Shown here: piece after piece, positions 1 to 9,668 of the stretch
How the letters are laid out: the number at the start of each line of letters is the position of its first letter
Position numbering within the stretch: the first letter of the stretch is position 1
Source: Synechococcus elongatus PCC 6301
GTDB taxonomy: Bacteria; Cyanobacteriota; Cyanobacteriia; Synechococcales; Synechococcaceae
DNA: 32,000 nt
Reading direction: 5' to 3'
Assembly (NCBI RefSeq): GCF_000010065.1
Contig: NC_006576.1
Span: forward strand, 630,001-662,000
The notes under the pieces: model-generated
What the model was told of the DNA's origin: nothing
The model's input: only the letters and a program-made list of their open reading frames with translations
The model's database searches: none
Position numbers and translations under genes: made by a program

Positions 1-1
1 C

Positions 2-1006
2 ATCTTTGAAGCTGACGGCTACCGTCCGACGATCAAAGTGCTGACACCCGCAGAGATTCGCATTCGCATCTCCTCGCTGAATTTCTACGATCTGCTGACG
101 CTGCTACCCCAGACTACAGAACGTCAACAAGCGGTGCTGGAAAAAGCAGTCAACAGCCTTCGCAAGCATAAAACCCTGCGCGATCGCTGGGATTTTGGCC
201 ACCTGATTGAAGCCGTCAAAGAGGCTGACACCACCGAGGACGACGAGGGCAATGAAGTCATGGGCCCTTCAGCTCAGTCTTTGAGTTGGCGCTTAGAGCG
301 GCTGCAGTCCTCGCCCTACTTCCACAGCTGGGAACATCTGATTCCCCGCGATCTATTTGAACCGGGGCAAGCCACGATCCTGCAGATGAATGAGATCCCG
401 CAGGAACAACAGCAGGTGATCTGCACGGTGATTCTGAACCAGAGCTATACCGCTCGCATCAATACGGTGCGGGGTGGCGCGACCGAAGGGGCAGAAGACC
501 ATTTGCCCTATCCAATCTTTGCCCTAGTCGAAGAAGCCCACCGCTTTGCCCCTGCCCATGAGCCCTCGCGCTGTAAGCAAATTCTGCGGACGGTGCTTAG
601 CGAAGGCCGGAAGTTTGGCTTTGGCATGGGGCTGATTACCCAGCGGCCTGGCAAAATCGATTCCGACATTCTTTCGCAGTGCATGAGCCAGTTCCTGATG
701 CGGATTGTCAACCCCGTCGATCAGGAGAGCCTCAAGCATGGCGTCGAAGCCGCAGGGCGCGATCTCTTACAGGAACTGCCCTCGCTCAGTCGCGGTCAGG
801 TAATCATCTCGGGTGCCTGCGTCAACACACCGGTTCTCTGCCAAGTGCGCACTCGCTACACCCAGCATGGTGGCGAAACGATGAATGCGCCCGAGGAATG
901 GCAAAAGCATTTCCAAGGGACTCAGGCCAAAGATCGCGAGATTGCGATCGCCCCAATCGCAAACCGACCGGTTGCTGTCCGGCGGCGTAATGTCACGATC
1001 GAATAG
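2..1006 (+). CDS. HerA/DUF87-type P-loop ATPase, 3' portion (5' end lies outside window)
   Basis: The frame is open from base 2 (IFEADGYRPTIKVL...) before the track start at the GTG at 38. It has a Walker B-like segment FALVEEAHRFAP and the LSEGRKFGFGMGLITQRPGKID segment typical of HerA-like ATPases. Confidence 0.85.
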   Translation: MFEADGYRPTIKVLTPAEIRIRISSLNFYDLLTLLPQTTERQQAVLEKAVNSLRKHKTLRDRWDFGHLIEAVKEADTTEDDEGNEVMGPSAQSLSWRLERLQSSPYFHSWEHLIPRDLFEPGQATILQMNEIPQEQQQVICTVILNQSYTARINTVRGGATEGAEDHLPYPIFALVEEAHRFAPAHEPSRCKQILRTVLSEGRKFGFGMGLITQRPGKIDSDILSQCMSQFLMRIVNPVDQESLKHGVEAAGRDLLQELPSLSRGQVIISGACVNTPVLCQVRTRYTQHGGETMNAPEEWQKHFQGTQAKDREIAIAPIANRPVAVRRRNVTIE

Positions 1007-1057
1007 ATTCGGTTATCTCGACTGCAGCGCGATCGCCCACAAGGTGAAGGAGTTTCC

Positions 1058-1063
1058 TATAAT
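1058..1063 (+). promoter_or_regulatory. Candidate -10 element (TATAAT) for ssrA
   Basis: Perfect TATAAT 12 nt upstream of the GGGGCTG tmRNA start; no good -35 seen. Confidence 0.55.
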
Positions 1064-1075
1064 GAGGGGACACAA

Positions 1076-1466
1076 GGGGCTGTAATGGTTTCGACGTGTT
1101 GGTGAATCCTTCACCGTGATTCAGGCCGAGAGGGAGTCCACTCTCGTAAATCCAGGCTCAACCAAAAGTAACTGCGAACAACATCGTTCCTTTCGCTCGT
1201 AAGGCTGCTCCTGTAGCTGCTTAAACGCCACAAACTTTCTGGCTCGAGCGTCTAGTCGTAGACTCCGTTAATACGCCTAGACTTAAACCCCCAACGGATG
1301 CTCGAGTGGCGGCCTCAGGTCCGTCCTCTCGCTAAGCAAAAACCTGAGCATCCCGCCAACGGGGATAATCGTTGGCTCCCGCACAGTGGGTCAACCGTGC
1401 TAAGCCTGTGAACGAGCGGAAAGTTACTAGTCAATGCGGACAGCGGTTCGATTCCGCTCAGCTCCA
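1076..1466 (+). ncRNA. ssrA: tmRNA (transfer-messenger RNA)
   Basis: 5' end GGGGCTGTAATGGTTTCGACG, 3' end ACAGCGGTTCGATTCCGCTCAGCTCCA. Internal tag reading frame GCG AAC AAC ATC GTT CCT TTC GCT CGT AAG GCT GCT CCT GTA GCT GCT TAA (ANNIVPFARKAAPVAA*) at 1174-1224. Confidence 0.97.
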
Positions 1467-1529
1467 TTTTTATTTGTTAGACGCCTTGTTGCGATTGCAG
1501 CAAGCTTTTCGTTTTTTCTGCGCAGCAGG

Positions 1530-2153
1530 ATGATGACGATTCAGCAGTGGCTAGCGCTGGGATTGGCCATGCTCTTCCTAGCTGCACTACCTAGCTTGAG
1601 TGTGCTCACAGTTGTCACTCGCTCTGCCAGCTTAGGACTATGGCATGGTGCACTCACGACCGTCGGGATTGTACTGGGCGACTGTCTGTGGATTCTGCTG
1701 GCCTTGGTTGGTCTAGAGCAAGTTGCCCAGCTTGAAGGATGGCTGCCACTCATTCGTGCGCTGAGCGCTAGCTATCTGATTGTTTTGGGTTGGCAATTAT
1801 GGCGATCGCGCGATCGCAAATCATCCCAATTATCCTTACGGGAGACATCCCAGCCCGCAAGTTTCTTGGCAGGACTTTTGTTAACCCTAGCGGATCAAAA
1901 AGCACTGCTGTTTTATCTCGGTTTTTTCCCTACATTTTTAAATCTTGAACGCATTGCTGCATCAGAGGTTGCTGGGATCATGGTGATTGCAATCGGGACG
2001 ATTGGGGGCGTCAAGCTGGCCTATGCTTGGCTAGCAGTGCAGGGGCAACAGCGCTTAATCGGTCGAAGTCAGCCCTGGTTACAAGCGATCGGGGCTGGTT
2101 TGTTGATCAGTATGGGCCTGCTACTTTGGCTACAGTTGATTACGGGACGATAA
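1530..2153 (+). CDS. LysE/RhtB-type multi-span membrane transporter
   Basis: Hydrophobic multi-TM protein MMTIQQWLALGLAMLFLAALPSLSVLTVVTRSASLGLWHG...GDCLWILLALVGL. The track start at 1434 lies inside the tmRNA, so ATG 1530 is preferred. Confidence 0.75.
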   Translation: MMTIQQWLALGLAMLFLAALPSLSVLTVVTRSASLGLWHGALTTVGIVLGDCLWILLALVGLEQVAQLEGWLPLIRALSASYLIVLGWQLWRSRDRKSSQLSLRETSQPASFLAGLLLTLADQKALLFYLGFFPTFLNLERIAASEVAGIMVIAIGTIGGVKLAYAWLAVQGQQRLIGRSQPWLQAIGAGLLISMGLLLWLQLITGR

Positions 2154-2228
2154 CATCTCGTTTACTTGTGGCCTCCTCCCTGCTGACTCAGCTCCAGAAT
2201 AGAAATCTTGTTGGAGCTAAAACAGGGC

Positions 2229-2732
2229 ATGATCAGTCCGTCCTATTGTCAGCAAATGGCTGCTTACAACCAGCACCTGAATCAACAGATCATCGCCGTC
2301 TGCCACACACTCTCCCAAGTAGAACTGGATCGCGATCGCGGGGCTTTTTTTGGATCGATTCAAGCCACTCTAAATCACCTATATTTCGGCGATCGCATCT
2401 GGCTGGGCCGCTTTCAGCGACAGCCCTATCACGCCCCCAACCTGGGTCACGAGCTATTTACCCAATTCGCCGAGTACTGTCAGGCTCGTCAAGACTGCGA
2501 TGATCAAATTCTGAGTTGGGCCCATGACCTTACGGATGATTGGCTCAGTCAAGATTTGGAGTACCACAGCCCGCTTTACCAGCAGACCATCATTCGTCCC
2601 CAGTGGTTTTTAGTAACCCACCTGTTTAACCACCAAACCCATCACCGCGGACAAATCACTACTTTGCTGAGTCAACTGGGGCTCGATGTAGGCGTCACCG
2701 ATCTGCCCTGGGTCGTATCACCCTTGCGATGA
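2229..2732 (+). CDS. DinB-like (YfiT/DinB four-helix) family protein
   Basis: YNQHLNQQII...LNHLYFGDRIWLGRF...VTHLFNHQTHHRGQITTLLSQLG fits the DinB fold with its His ligands. ATG at 2229 is preferred over the alternative start at 2208. Confidence 0.8.
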   Translation: MISPSYCQQMAAYNQHLNQQIIAVCHTLSQVELDRDRGAFFGSIQATLNHLYFGDRIWLGRFQRQPYHAPNLGHELFTQFAEYCQARQDCDDQILSWAHDLTDDWLSQDLEYHSPLYQQTIIRPQWFLVTHLFNHQTHHRGQITTLLSQLGLDVGVTDLPWVVSPLR

Positions 2733-2772
2733 GCTGCTGGGACGAAACGCGATCGCTTGACTCAAACCAAAC

Positions 2773-2991
2773 TCACAAATCGACAGAGGCCTGATAGCGA
2801 TCGCAGGCTACCAAACGATCACCGACATAGATTTCAATGAGTTCACACCCGAAGCTGGCACAAAGCTGCTGACGACGTTGCCAAAAGCAATGAGCCAGAT
2901 GAAAATCTAGGGCCATGACCGACAGTGTCTCGCCCAGAAGCTCGATTTCAGCGGTCTGCACAGCGCGTAGGAACAGATCGGATGGCATCAT
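2773..2991 (-). CDS. Hypothetical small protein (72 aa)
   Basis: Intact ORF in an otherwise non-coding gap with ATG start; no recognisable domain. Confidence 0.45.
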   Translation of the reverse strand: MMPSDLFLRAVQTAEIELLGETLSVMALDFHLAHCFWQRRQQLCASFGCELIEIYVGDRLVACDRYQASVDL

Positions 2992-3106
2992 CGTTCGATC
3001 GTCTGATTTCGCTTAGATCTACGAGACTGCTCTCGCAACTTCAGCATTCTTAAGCAGATCTTCATGATTGAAGTGCAAACCAGCTGCGCGATCGCGACAA
3101 AGCCAC

Positions 3107-3138
3107 AAAAAAAGTGGACGCTTCCTCGAAGCATCCAC
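3107..3138 (-). terminator. Intrinsic terminator downstream of petH
   Basis: On the minus strand: GTGGATGCTT-CGAGG-AAGCGTCCAC followed by TTTTTTT. Confidence 0.8.
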
Positions 3139-3179
3139 TCACAACGCTCAGACTAGAGCGCGATCTTTACCAGGCTGAA

Positions 3180-4391
<1,212 letters not shown>

Positions 4392-4582
4392 TCAACTTCT
4401 CCGAACCTGTTCTTCAGAAGAGCTCCTGCAACCGGGGCGCACCCCGTCAGTGACCCAGCGTGAATCACAATGCGAAAAAGGCACAGCGTAGGCTGAAGTC
4501 ACTGTTCTCAGTGTAAGGGTGCAGGCTGCATAAGCTTACCCTGAGCCGCGATCGCCGGTTGTAGCGATTTCAGCGTTTCTTG

Positions 4583-4609
4583 TTGACTCCTCAGCCTGTC
4601 TGGTAAGAT
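4583..4609 (+). promoter_or_regulatory. Candidate sigma70-type promoter for prk
   Basis: TTGACT (4583-4588), 15-nt spacer, TAAGAT (4604-4609). The spacer is short, so this is tentative. Confidence 0.35.
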
Positions 4610-4795
4610 TCCGCATAAACGGATACAGTCCGCTTCGACTCGCCGGTATCGATCTCAACCGATAGTGACTACTGACTTGGGGGGTCAATGTCGGTCCGCC
4701 GTAGCGATGCTGTCTTAGAACAGCAAGCGGGCGTCCAGACGTGGCCTTGTGCCGGATGCTGACCCCATTATCTCGTCACTGTCTCGAGGGATCCT

Positions 4796-5797
4796 ATGAG
4801 CAAGCCAGATCGTGTTGTTTTGATCGGCGTTGCCGGTGACTCCGGTTGCGGCAAGTCAACCTTCCTAAATCGCCTTGCCGACTTGTTTGGTACGGAATTG
4901 ATGACGGTCATCTGCTTGGATGACTATCACAGTCTCGATCGCAAGGGCCGGAAGGAAGCAGGCGTAACGGCTTTGGATCCCCGCGCCAACAACTTTGACT
5001 TGATGTATGAACAGGTCAAGGCGTTGAAGAACGGCGAAACGATCATGAAGCCGATCTACAACCATGAAACCGGCTTGATCGATCCGCCCGAAAAAATCGA
5101 ACCCAATCGCATCATTGTGATCGAGGGTCTGCATCCGCTTTACGACGAGCGCGTGCGTGAACTGCTCGATTTCAGCGTTTACCTCGACATCGATGACGAA
5201 GTCAAAATCGCTTGGAAGATCCAACGCGATATGGCAGAACGCGGCCACTCCTACGAAGATGTCCTCGCCTCGATCGAAGCGCGCCGCCCTGACTTCAAGG
5301 CCTACATTGAGCCCCAGCGTGGCCATGCGGACATCGTCATCCGCGTCATGCCGACCCAGCTAATCCCCAATGACACCGAGCGCAAGGTGCTGCGGGTGCA
5401 GTTGATCCAACGGGAAGGCCGCGATGGTTTTGAGCCGGCTTACCTGTTCGACGAAGGTTCGACCATCCAGTGGACGCCCTGCGGTCGTAAGCTGACCTGC
5501 TCCTATCCGGGCATTCGCTTAGCCTACGGCCCTGACACCTACTACGGTCACGAAGTCTCAGTGCTTGAGGTCGACGGTCAGTTCGAGAACCTCGAAGAGA
5601 TGATCTACGTCGAGGGCCACCTCAGCAAGACCGACACGCAGTACTACGGTGAGTTGACCCACCTGCTGCTGCAGCACAAAGATTACCCGGGTTCGAACAA
5701 CGGCACGGGTCTGTTCCAAGTGCTGACCGGCCTGAAAATGCGGGCGGCCTATGAGCGTTTGACCTCCCAAGCAGCACCCGTCGCCGCTAGCGTCTAG
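4796..5797 (+). CDS. prk: Phosphoribulokinase
   Basis: GVAGDSGCGKSTFLNRL P-loop, CLDDYHSLDRKGRKE, PIYNHETGLIDPPE, VIEGLHPLYDERVREL. Confidence 0.98.
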   Translation: MSKPDRVVLIGVAGDSGCGKSTFLNRLADLFGTELMTVICLDDYHSLDRKGRKEAGVTALDPRANNFDLMYEQVKALKNGETIMKPIYNHETGLIDPPEKIEPNRIIVIEGLHPLYDERVRELLDFSVYLDIDDEVKIAWKIQRDMAERGHSYEDVLASIEARRPDFKAYIEPQRGHADIVIRVMPTQLIPNDTERKVLRVQLIQREGRDGFEPAYLFDEGSTIQWTPCGRKLTCSYPGIRLAYGPDTYYGHEVSVLEVDGQFENLEEMIYVEGHLSKTDTQYYGELTHLLLQHKDYPGSNNGTGLFQVLTGLKMRAAYERLTSQAAPVAASV

Positions 5798-5837
5798 GTT
5801 GCTCAGGTTTCACTTGTTTTCAGCTTGTTGACTCTAA

Positions 5838-5866
5838 GCTGCTCTCCTAGCGAGAGCAGCTTTTTT
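5838..5866 (+). terminator. Intrinsic terminator of prk
   Basis: GCTGCTCTC-CTAGC-GAGAGCAGC followed by TTTTTT. Confidence 0.9.
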
Positions 5867-5908
5867 GTTGCTCAGGACTGACTGATGGCTGAGGTCTGCA
5901 ATCGCTCA

Positions 5909-8638
5909 TTAAGGGTGGGGATAGCGATCGCGCAACCAATGCAGTGCTTGCTGGCGAGCAGTGTCGTCGGTTCCGGCCAGCAATTGCCCATCTAGCACCG
6001 CAGCCTGCAGAGCTTCGAGAATCTGGCGGAATTGCGGGCCAGGTCGATAGCCCAGCTTTTTAAGATCGTGACCGCTCAGCGGCAGCACGAGCGGGAGCCA
6101 TTGCCAGAGATAGCGACTGATCACGCGGCGAGACGATCGCGGTAGAACAGCTGCCGCTAGGAGCAACGTGATTGGGTCATAGTTCGCCAGCTGACGATAG
6201 AGCTGACTGGGCAGTTGTGCAGTATCCAGCTGAGTGAGTTGGGCGATCGCGCAGGGCCATTGCTGGAGCCGTTGGATCACGTCCTGCGGGAGTTGCAAGC
6301 GTTGGGCGATCGGTCCTGGTTCTGGCAGGCTGGTCAGCAGACTTTGCAACCGCAACAGCCAAGGCAATATTGGCTTGAGCGAGGGATGGGCTTGCTGTTG
6401 CCAGCGTCGACTGAGGCGATCGCAGCAGCGGAGTTGGGCTTCTAGCGATCGCGTCCACCAGCAATCACTGTGCAGGCAGCGGAAAGCTTGCAAGGAGCCG
6501 AGTTCCCGCAGGGCGGGCAGCCAATATTTTGCCTCCAAAATCAGCTGCAGTTCAGCCCGCAGACGGGTTTGCAGCGCAGGCGTGACACCGTTTTCTCCTT
6601 GGGTGCGCTGATAGACGCCACTGTCGAGGGCATAGCGAATTTGTCGCCGCGTTTGTTCTTCGATCGCAAAGCCGAGACGTACCGCGAAGCGCACCGCCCG
6701 AAAAATGCGCGTCGGATCTTCGATGAAGCTGTTGACGTGGAGAACGCGCACCTGACGCGCTTCCAAATCAAGGCGTCCCCCAAAAAAGTCAAGAAGTTCG
6801 CCCGCGTGGGGTTCTGTCAGGCGAATGGCGAGAGCGTTAATTGTAAAGTCGCGCCGGTAGAGGTCTTGGCGGATCGAACTGGCTTCGACTTCTGGATTGG
6901 CGGCCGGATAGGGATAGAACTCCGTGCGAGCAGTGGCGATATCGACCCAGAGCGACTGAAACACCGGATCCTCGTGCCAGAGCAGGGCTGCTGTTTGAAA
7001 CCGTCCATGCACTTCTAACCGAGCTTGGGGATAGCGATCGCGCAGTAATTGGGCCAGCTCGACCCCTGCCGCCTCAGTGAGAGCGCGGTGAAAGCCATCG
7101 ACGACTAGGTCAATATCGCTAATCAATAGCGGTGCATCACTCGGAGCTAGGAAGAGATCGCGCACACCACCACCCACCAGATAGAGATGCCAGCCCCGTT
7201 CTTCGGCAAAGTGTGCCACAGTTTCCAGTAATTCCCATTGCGCCGGAATCAGACGCTGGTGCAGCCAATCTCGGGGTGTTCCGGGTAGCAAGCAAGCGGG
7301 AGCATGCAGAGAAGGTGTTTGGCGCTGTTGATCCTGATGGAGTTGGCGCAGTACATCGGTGCGAGTGACGATGCCCACTAGTTGATTGCGATCGAGTACT
7401 GGCAACCGGCCAATGTCGTAGGTGACCATTAGGTCTTCGATTTCCGGCAGACTCGTCTCCGGAGCGATCGTCTTGGGATGGAGGGTCATGTAGCCCTTGA
7501 CCGGTGCATGACCAAAGCCGTGGTGCAGCGCTAAATCCAAGTCGCGGCGGGAAATGATGCCGACCAGTTGATCCTGTTCGTCCACGACCGAAAGGCCGGA
7601 ATGACCGTAGCGCAGCAGAATCCGTTCCGCTTCCGCGATCGCAATTTCGGGGCGTACTGTCCGCACCGGCGAGGACATCAAATCGCGAGCCAGCAGCGGT
7701 GCTGGTAGTTGCTCTAAAACTGCCGCTCCGATCGCCTCCCAAGTCTCTGCGATCGCCGTACCGCGCCAATTCAGCGAAGCCGCACGGGCATGGCCACCGC
7801 CGCCCCACTGCCGGAAGGTCTGGCCAAGATCCGGCCCTTCAATCCGCGATCGCCCAATCACGGTCAAGCGGCGATCGTCGCTACCCTCAACGGGATAGTG
7901 AACACCCAGCAGCAGTAAATCCGCTTCCGTCAGCGCAAACAACTGAGCCGCCAGACTGGAGAGCCCCGTCAGATACCCCTCCACCGGCAGCAGCACCCGC
8001 GCCAAGGTCTTGCCCCGCCGTTCCTCCAGCTCCAACACTTCCAAGGACTGACTCAACAGCGCTTGCAGCGGCGCAGACAGTCCCGGCTCCACATATTCCC
8101 GCAGTACCCGTAGATTCGCGCCCTGAGTCATCAGCCAAGCCAAGGCTTGAGCATCGCGAGGCGTGCTTTGGTCGTAGCTGAGAGACCCCGTATCGACGTG
8201 AATGCCGAGGGCTAATACCGTCGCTTCCGCCGGTGCAAGTTGGGTCTGTGCGGCTTGCAACCGTTCACAGATTAGGGTCGCCGTTGCACCGACGGCTTCG
8301 ACTTGGCGATCGCTCGCGGCAACATCGCAGGGACTTTGCAAATGATGGTCGTAAACCGCGATCGCTTCGAGGTGCGGTAAGTCCAGCCATTCCGCCGCCT
8401 TGCCAAAGCGCAGCCGCTCTTGGGCATCCACCAAGTGGATCCGCCGCAGGCGCTGGGGATCGACCGATCGCCGCTCAATTAGTGGATACTCATCGCGATA
8501 GAGTGCCAAAAAGTCGCGCACCGCCGGATGAGCCCCACCTGTCAGCACAATGCGCGACCCCGGCAGCAGGCGACTGAGACCCACTGCAGCGCCCAACGTG
8601 TCAAAGTCGGCCGTGCCGTGACAGAGAATCAGATCCAT
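5909..8638 (-). CDS. Multidomain protein: N-terminal DHH/DHHA1 phosphoesterase + CBS pair + C-terminal CCA/A-adding tRNA nucleotidyltransferase
   Basis: HGTADFDTLGAAVGLSRLL and YDHH (DHH); DLMSSPVRTVRPEIAIAEAERIL...SVVDEQDQLVGIISRRDL (CBS); YLVGGGVRDLFLA...SDIDLVVDG, RRDFTINALAIRL, RIFRAVRFAVRLGF (class II nucleotidyltransferase). Confidence 0.92.
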   Translation of the reverse strand: MDLILCHGTADFDTLGAAVGLSRLLPGSRIVLTGGAHPAVRDFLALYRDEYPLIERRSVDPQRLRRIHLVDAQERLRFGKAAEWLDLPHLEAIAVYDHHLQSPCDVAASDRQVEAVGATATLICERLQAAQTQLAPAEATVLALGIHVDTGSLSYDQSTPRDAQALAWLMTQGANLRVLREYVEPGLSAPLQALLSQSLEVLELEERRGKTLARVLLPVEGYLTGLSSLAAQLFALTEADLLLLGVHYPVEGSDDRRLTVIGRSRIEGPDLGQTFRQWGGGGHARAASLNWRGTAIAETWEAIGAAVLEQLPAPLLARDLMSSPVRTVRPEIAIAEAERILLRYGHSGLSVVDEQDQLVGIISRRDLDLALHHGFGHAPVKGYMTLHPKTIAPETSLPEIEDLMVTYDIGRLPVLDRNQLVGIVTRTDVLRQLHQDQQRQTPSLHAPACLLPGTPRDWLHQRLIPAQWELLETVAHFAEERGWHLYLVGGGVRDLFLAPSDAPLLISDIDLVVDGFHRALTEAAGVELAQLLRDRYPQARLEVHGRFQTAALLWHEDPVFQSLWVDIATARTEFYPYPAANPEVEASSIRQDLYRRDFTINALAIRLTEPHAGELLDFFGGRLDLEARQVRVLHVNSFIEDPTRIFRAVRFAVRLGFAIEEQTRRQIRYALDSGVYQRTQGENGVTPALQTRLRAELQLILEAKYWLPALRELGSLQAFRCLHSDCWWTRSLEAQLRCCDRLSRRWQQQAHPSLKPILPWLLRLQSLLTSLPEPGPIAQRLQLPQDVIQRLQQWPCAIAQLTQLDTAQLPSQLYRQLANYDPITLLLAAAVLPRSSRRVISRYLWQWLPLVLPLSGHDLKKLGYRPGPQFRQILEALQAAVLDGQLLAGTDDTARQQALHWLRDRYPHP

Positions 8639-8661
8639 GCAATGCCCTAGGCCACCCTTTC

Positions 8662-9552
8662 ATGCTCGCTGATTCTTCGCAGCCGTCGTCATTCCACCAC
8701 GTCACAGTACTCCAGCGGGAGTTGGTGGAAGGATTATTGCCCGATCGCGGCGGCTGGTTCTTGGATGCGACCTTGGGCGGCGGCGGCCATAGCGAGTTAT
8801 TGCTATCGGAGTGGCCCAACACGCAGGTGATCGGGCTCGATCGTGATCCAGCAGCGATCGCTGCCAGTCAAACCCGACTGCAGCTCTACAGCGATCGCGT
8901 GCAGTTTCAGCACGTCAACTTTGCCAACTATCAGCCGGGCGATCGCCGCTTTCAGGGAATCATGGCTGACCTTGGTGTTAGTTCGCCGCAGCTGGATGAG
9001 GCCGAGCGGGGTTTTAGTTTCCGGCAGGATGCGCCGCTGGATATGCGGATGGATCCCACGGCGGAATTGACCGCAGCCGCGATCGTTAACGAATGGGACG
9101 AAACCGATCTCGCCAATTTGATTTATCAGTACGGTGAAGAGCGGCTGTCGCGCCGGATTGCTCGCCGCATCGTCGAGCAGCGTCCTTTTGAGCGCACGCT
9201 GGAACTATCAGAAGCGATCGCTGGAGCCGTGCCGCGCAGCTATCGCTATGGCCGCATTCATCCGGCGACCCGCACGTTCCAAGCACTGCGGATTGCCGTC
9301 AATGGCGAACTCGATGCCCTGCAAACCTTCCTCGATCGCGCCCCCGATTGGCTGGCACCGGGCGGCCGTATTGCTCTGATCAGCTTCCACAGCTTGGAAG
9401 ACCGGATTATCAAACACGCCCTGCGCGGTGACGATCGCCTGACCGTGATTACCCGCAAGCCACTCTTACCCAGCGAGGCGGAGATTGAGTCCAACCCGCG
9501 ATCGCGATCGGCTAAGTTGCGGATTGCCGAACGAGTCTTGCCGGAGTCCTAG
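8662..9552 (+). CDS. rsmH: 16S rRNA (cytosine1402-N4)-methyltransferase
   Basis: HHVTVLQRELVEGL, DATLGGGGHSELLL, ADLGVSSPQLDEAERGFSF, LIRIALISFHSLEDRIIK-like segment (PGGRIALISFHSLEDRIIK). Confidence 0.96.
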   Translation: MLADSSQPSSFHHVTVLQRELVEGLLPDRGGWFLDATLGGGGHSELLLSEWPNTQVIGLDRDPAAIAASQTRLQLYSDRVQFQHVNFANYQPGDRRFQGIMADLGVSSPQLDEAERGFSFRQDAPLDMRMDPTAELTAAAIVNEWDETDLANLIYQYGEERLSRRIARRIVEQRPFERTLELSEAIAGAVPRSYRYGRIHPATRTFQALRIAVNGELDALQTFLDRAPDWLAPGGRIALISFHSLEDRIIKHALRGDDRLTVITRKPLLPSEAEIESNPRSRSAKLRIAERVLPES

Positions 9553-9668
9553 CCAGCAATCCAGATCCGAGCCGTTCAGAGTGGCCCTTAGCCCTTGACT
9601 CAGAGGGCCGCGATCGCGCATTCTGCCGGCAATCCCCATGTCCCCGTTCCTCCAGCAGACGCGCCACC

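Noticed and set aside
1434-1529. Upstream extension of the LysE-type ORF
   Set aside because: It overlaps the 3' acceptor end of tmRNA, and ATG 1530/1533 gives a normal membrane-protein N-terminus.
4865-5326. 153-aa ORF antisense to prk
   Set aside because: It lies fully opposite a highly conserved enzyme, has no recognisable domain and is expected from GC-rich codon bias.
6470-8181. Long ORFs (182, 223 and 160 aa) overlapping the DHH-CBS-nucleotidyltransferase gene
   Set aside because: Wrong-frame or antisense readings of a clearly conserved 909-aa protein, with low-complexity R/P/S/A composition.
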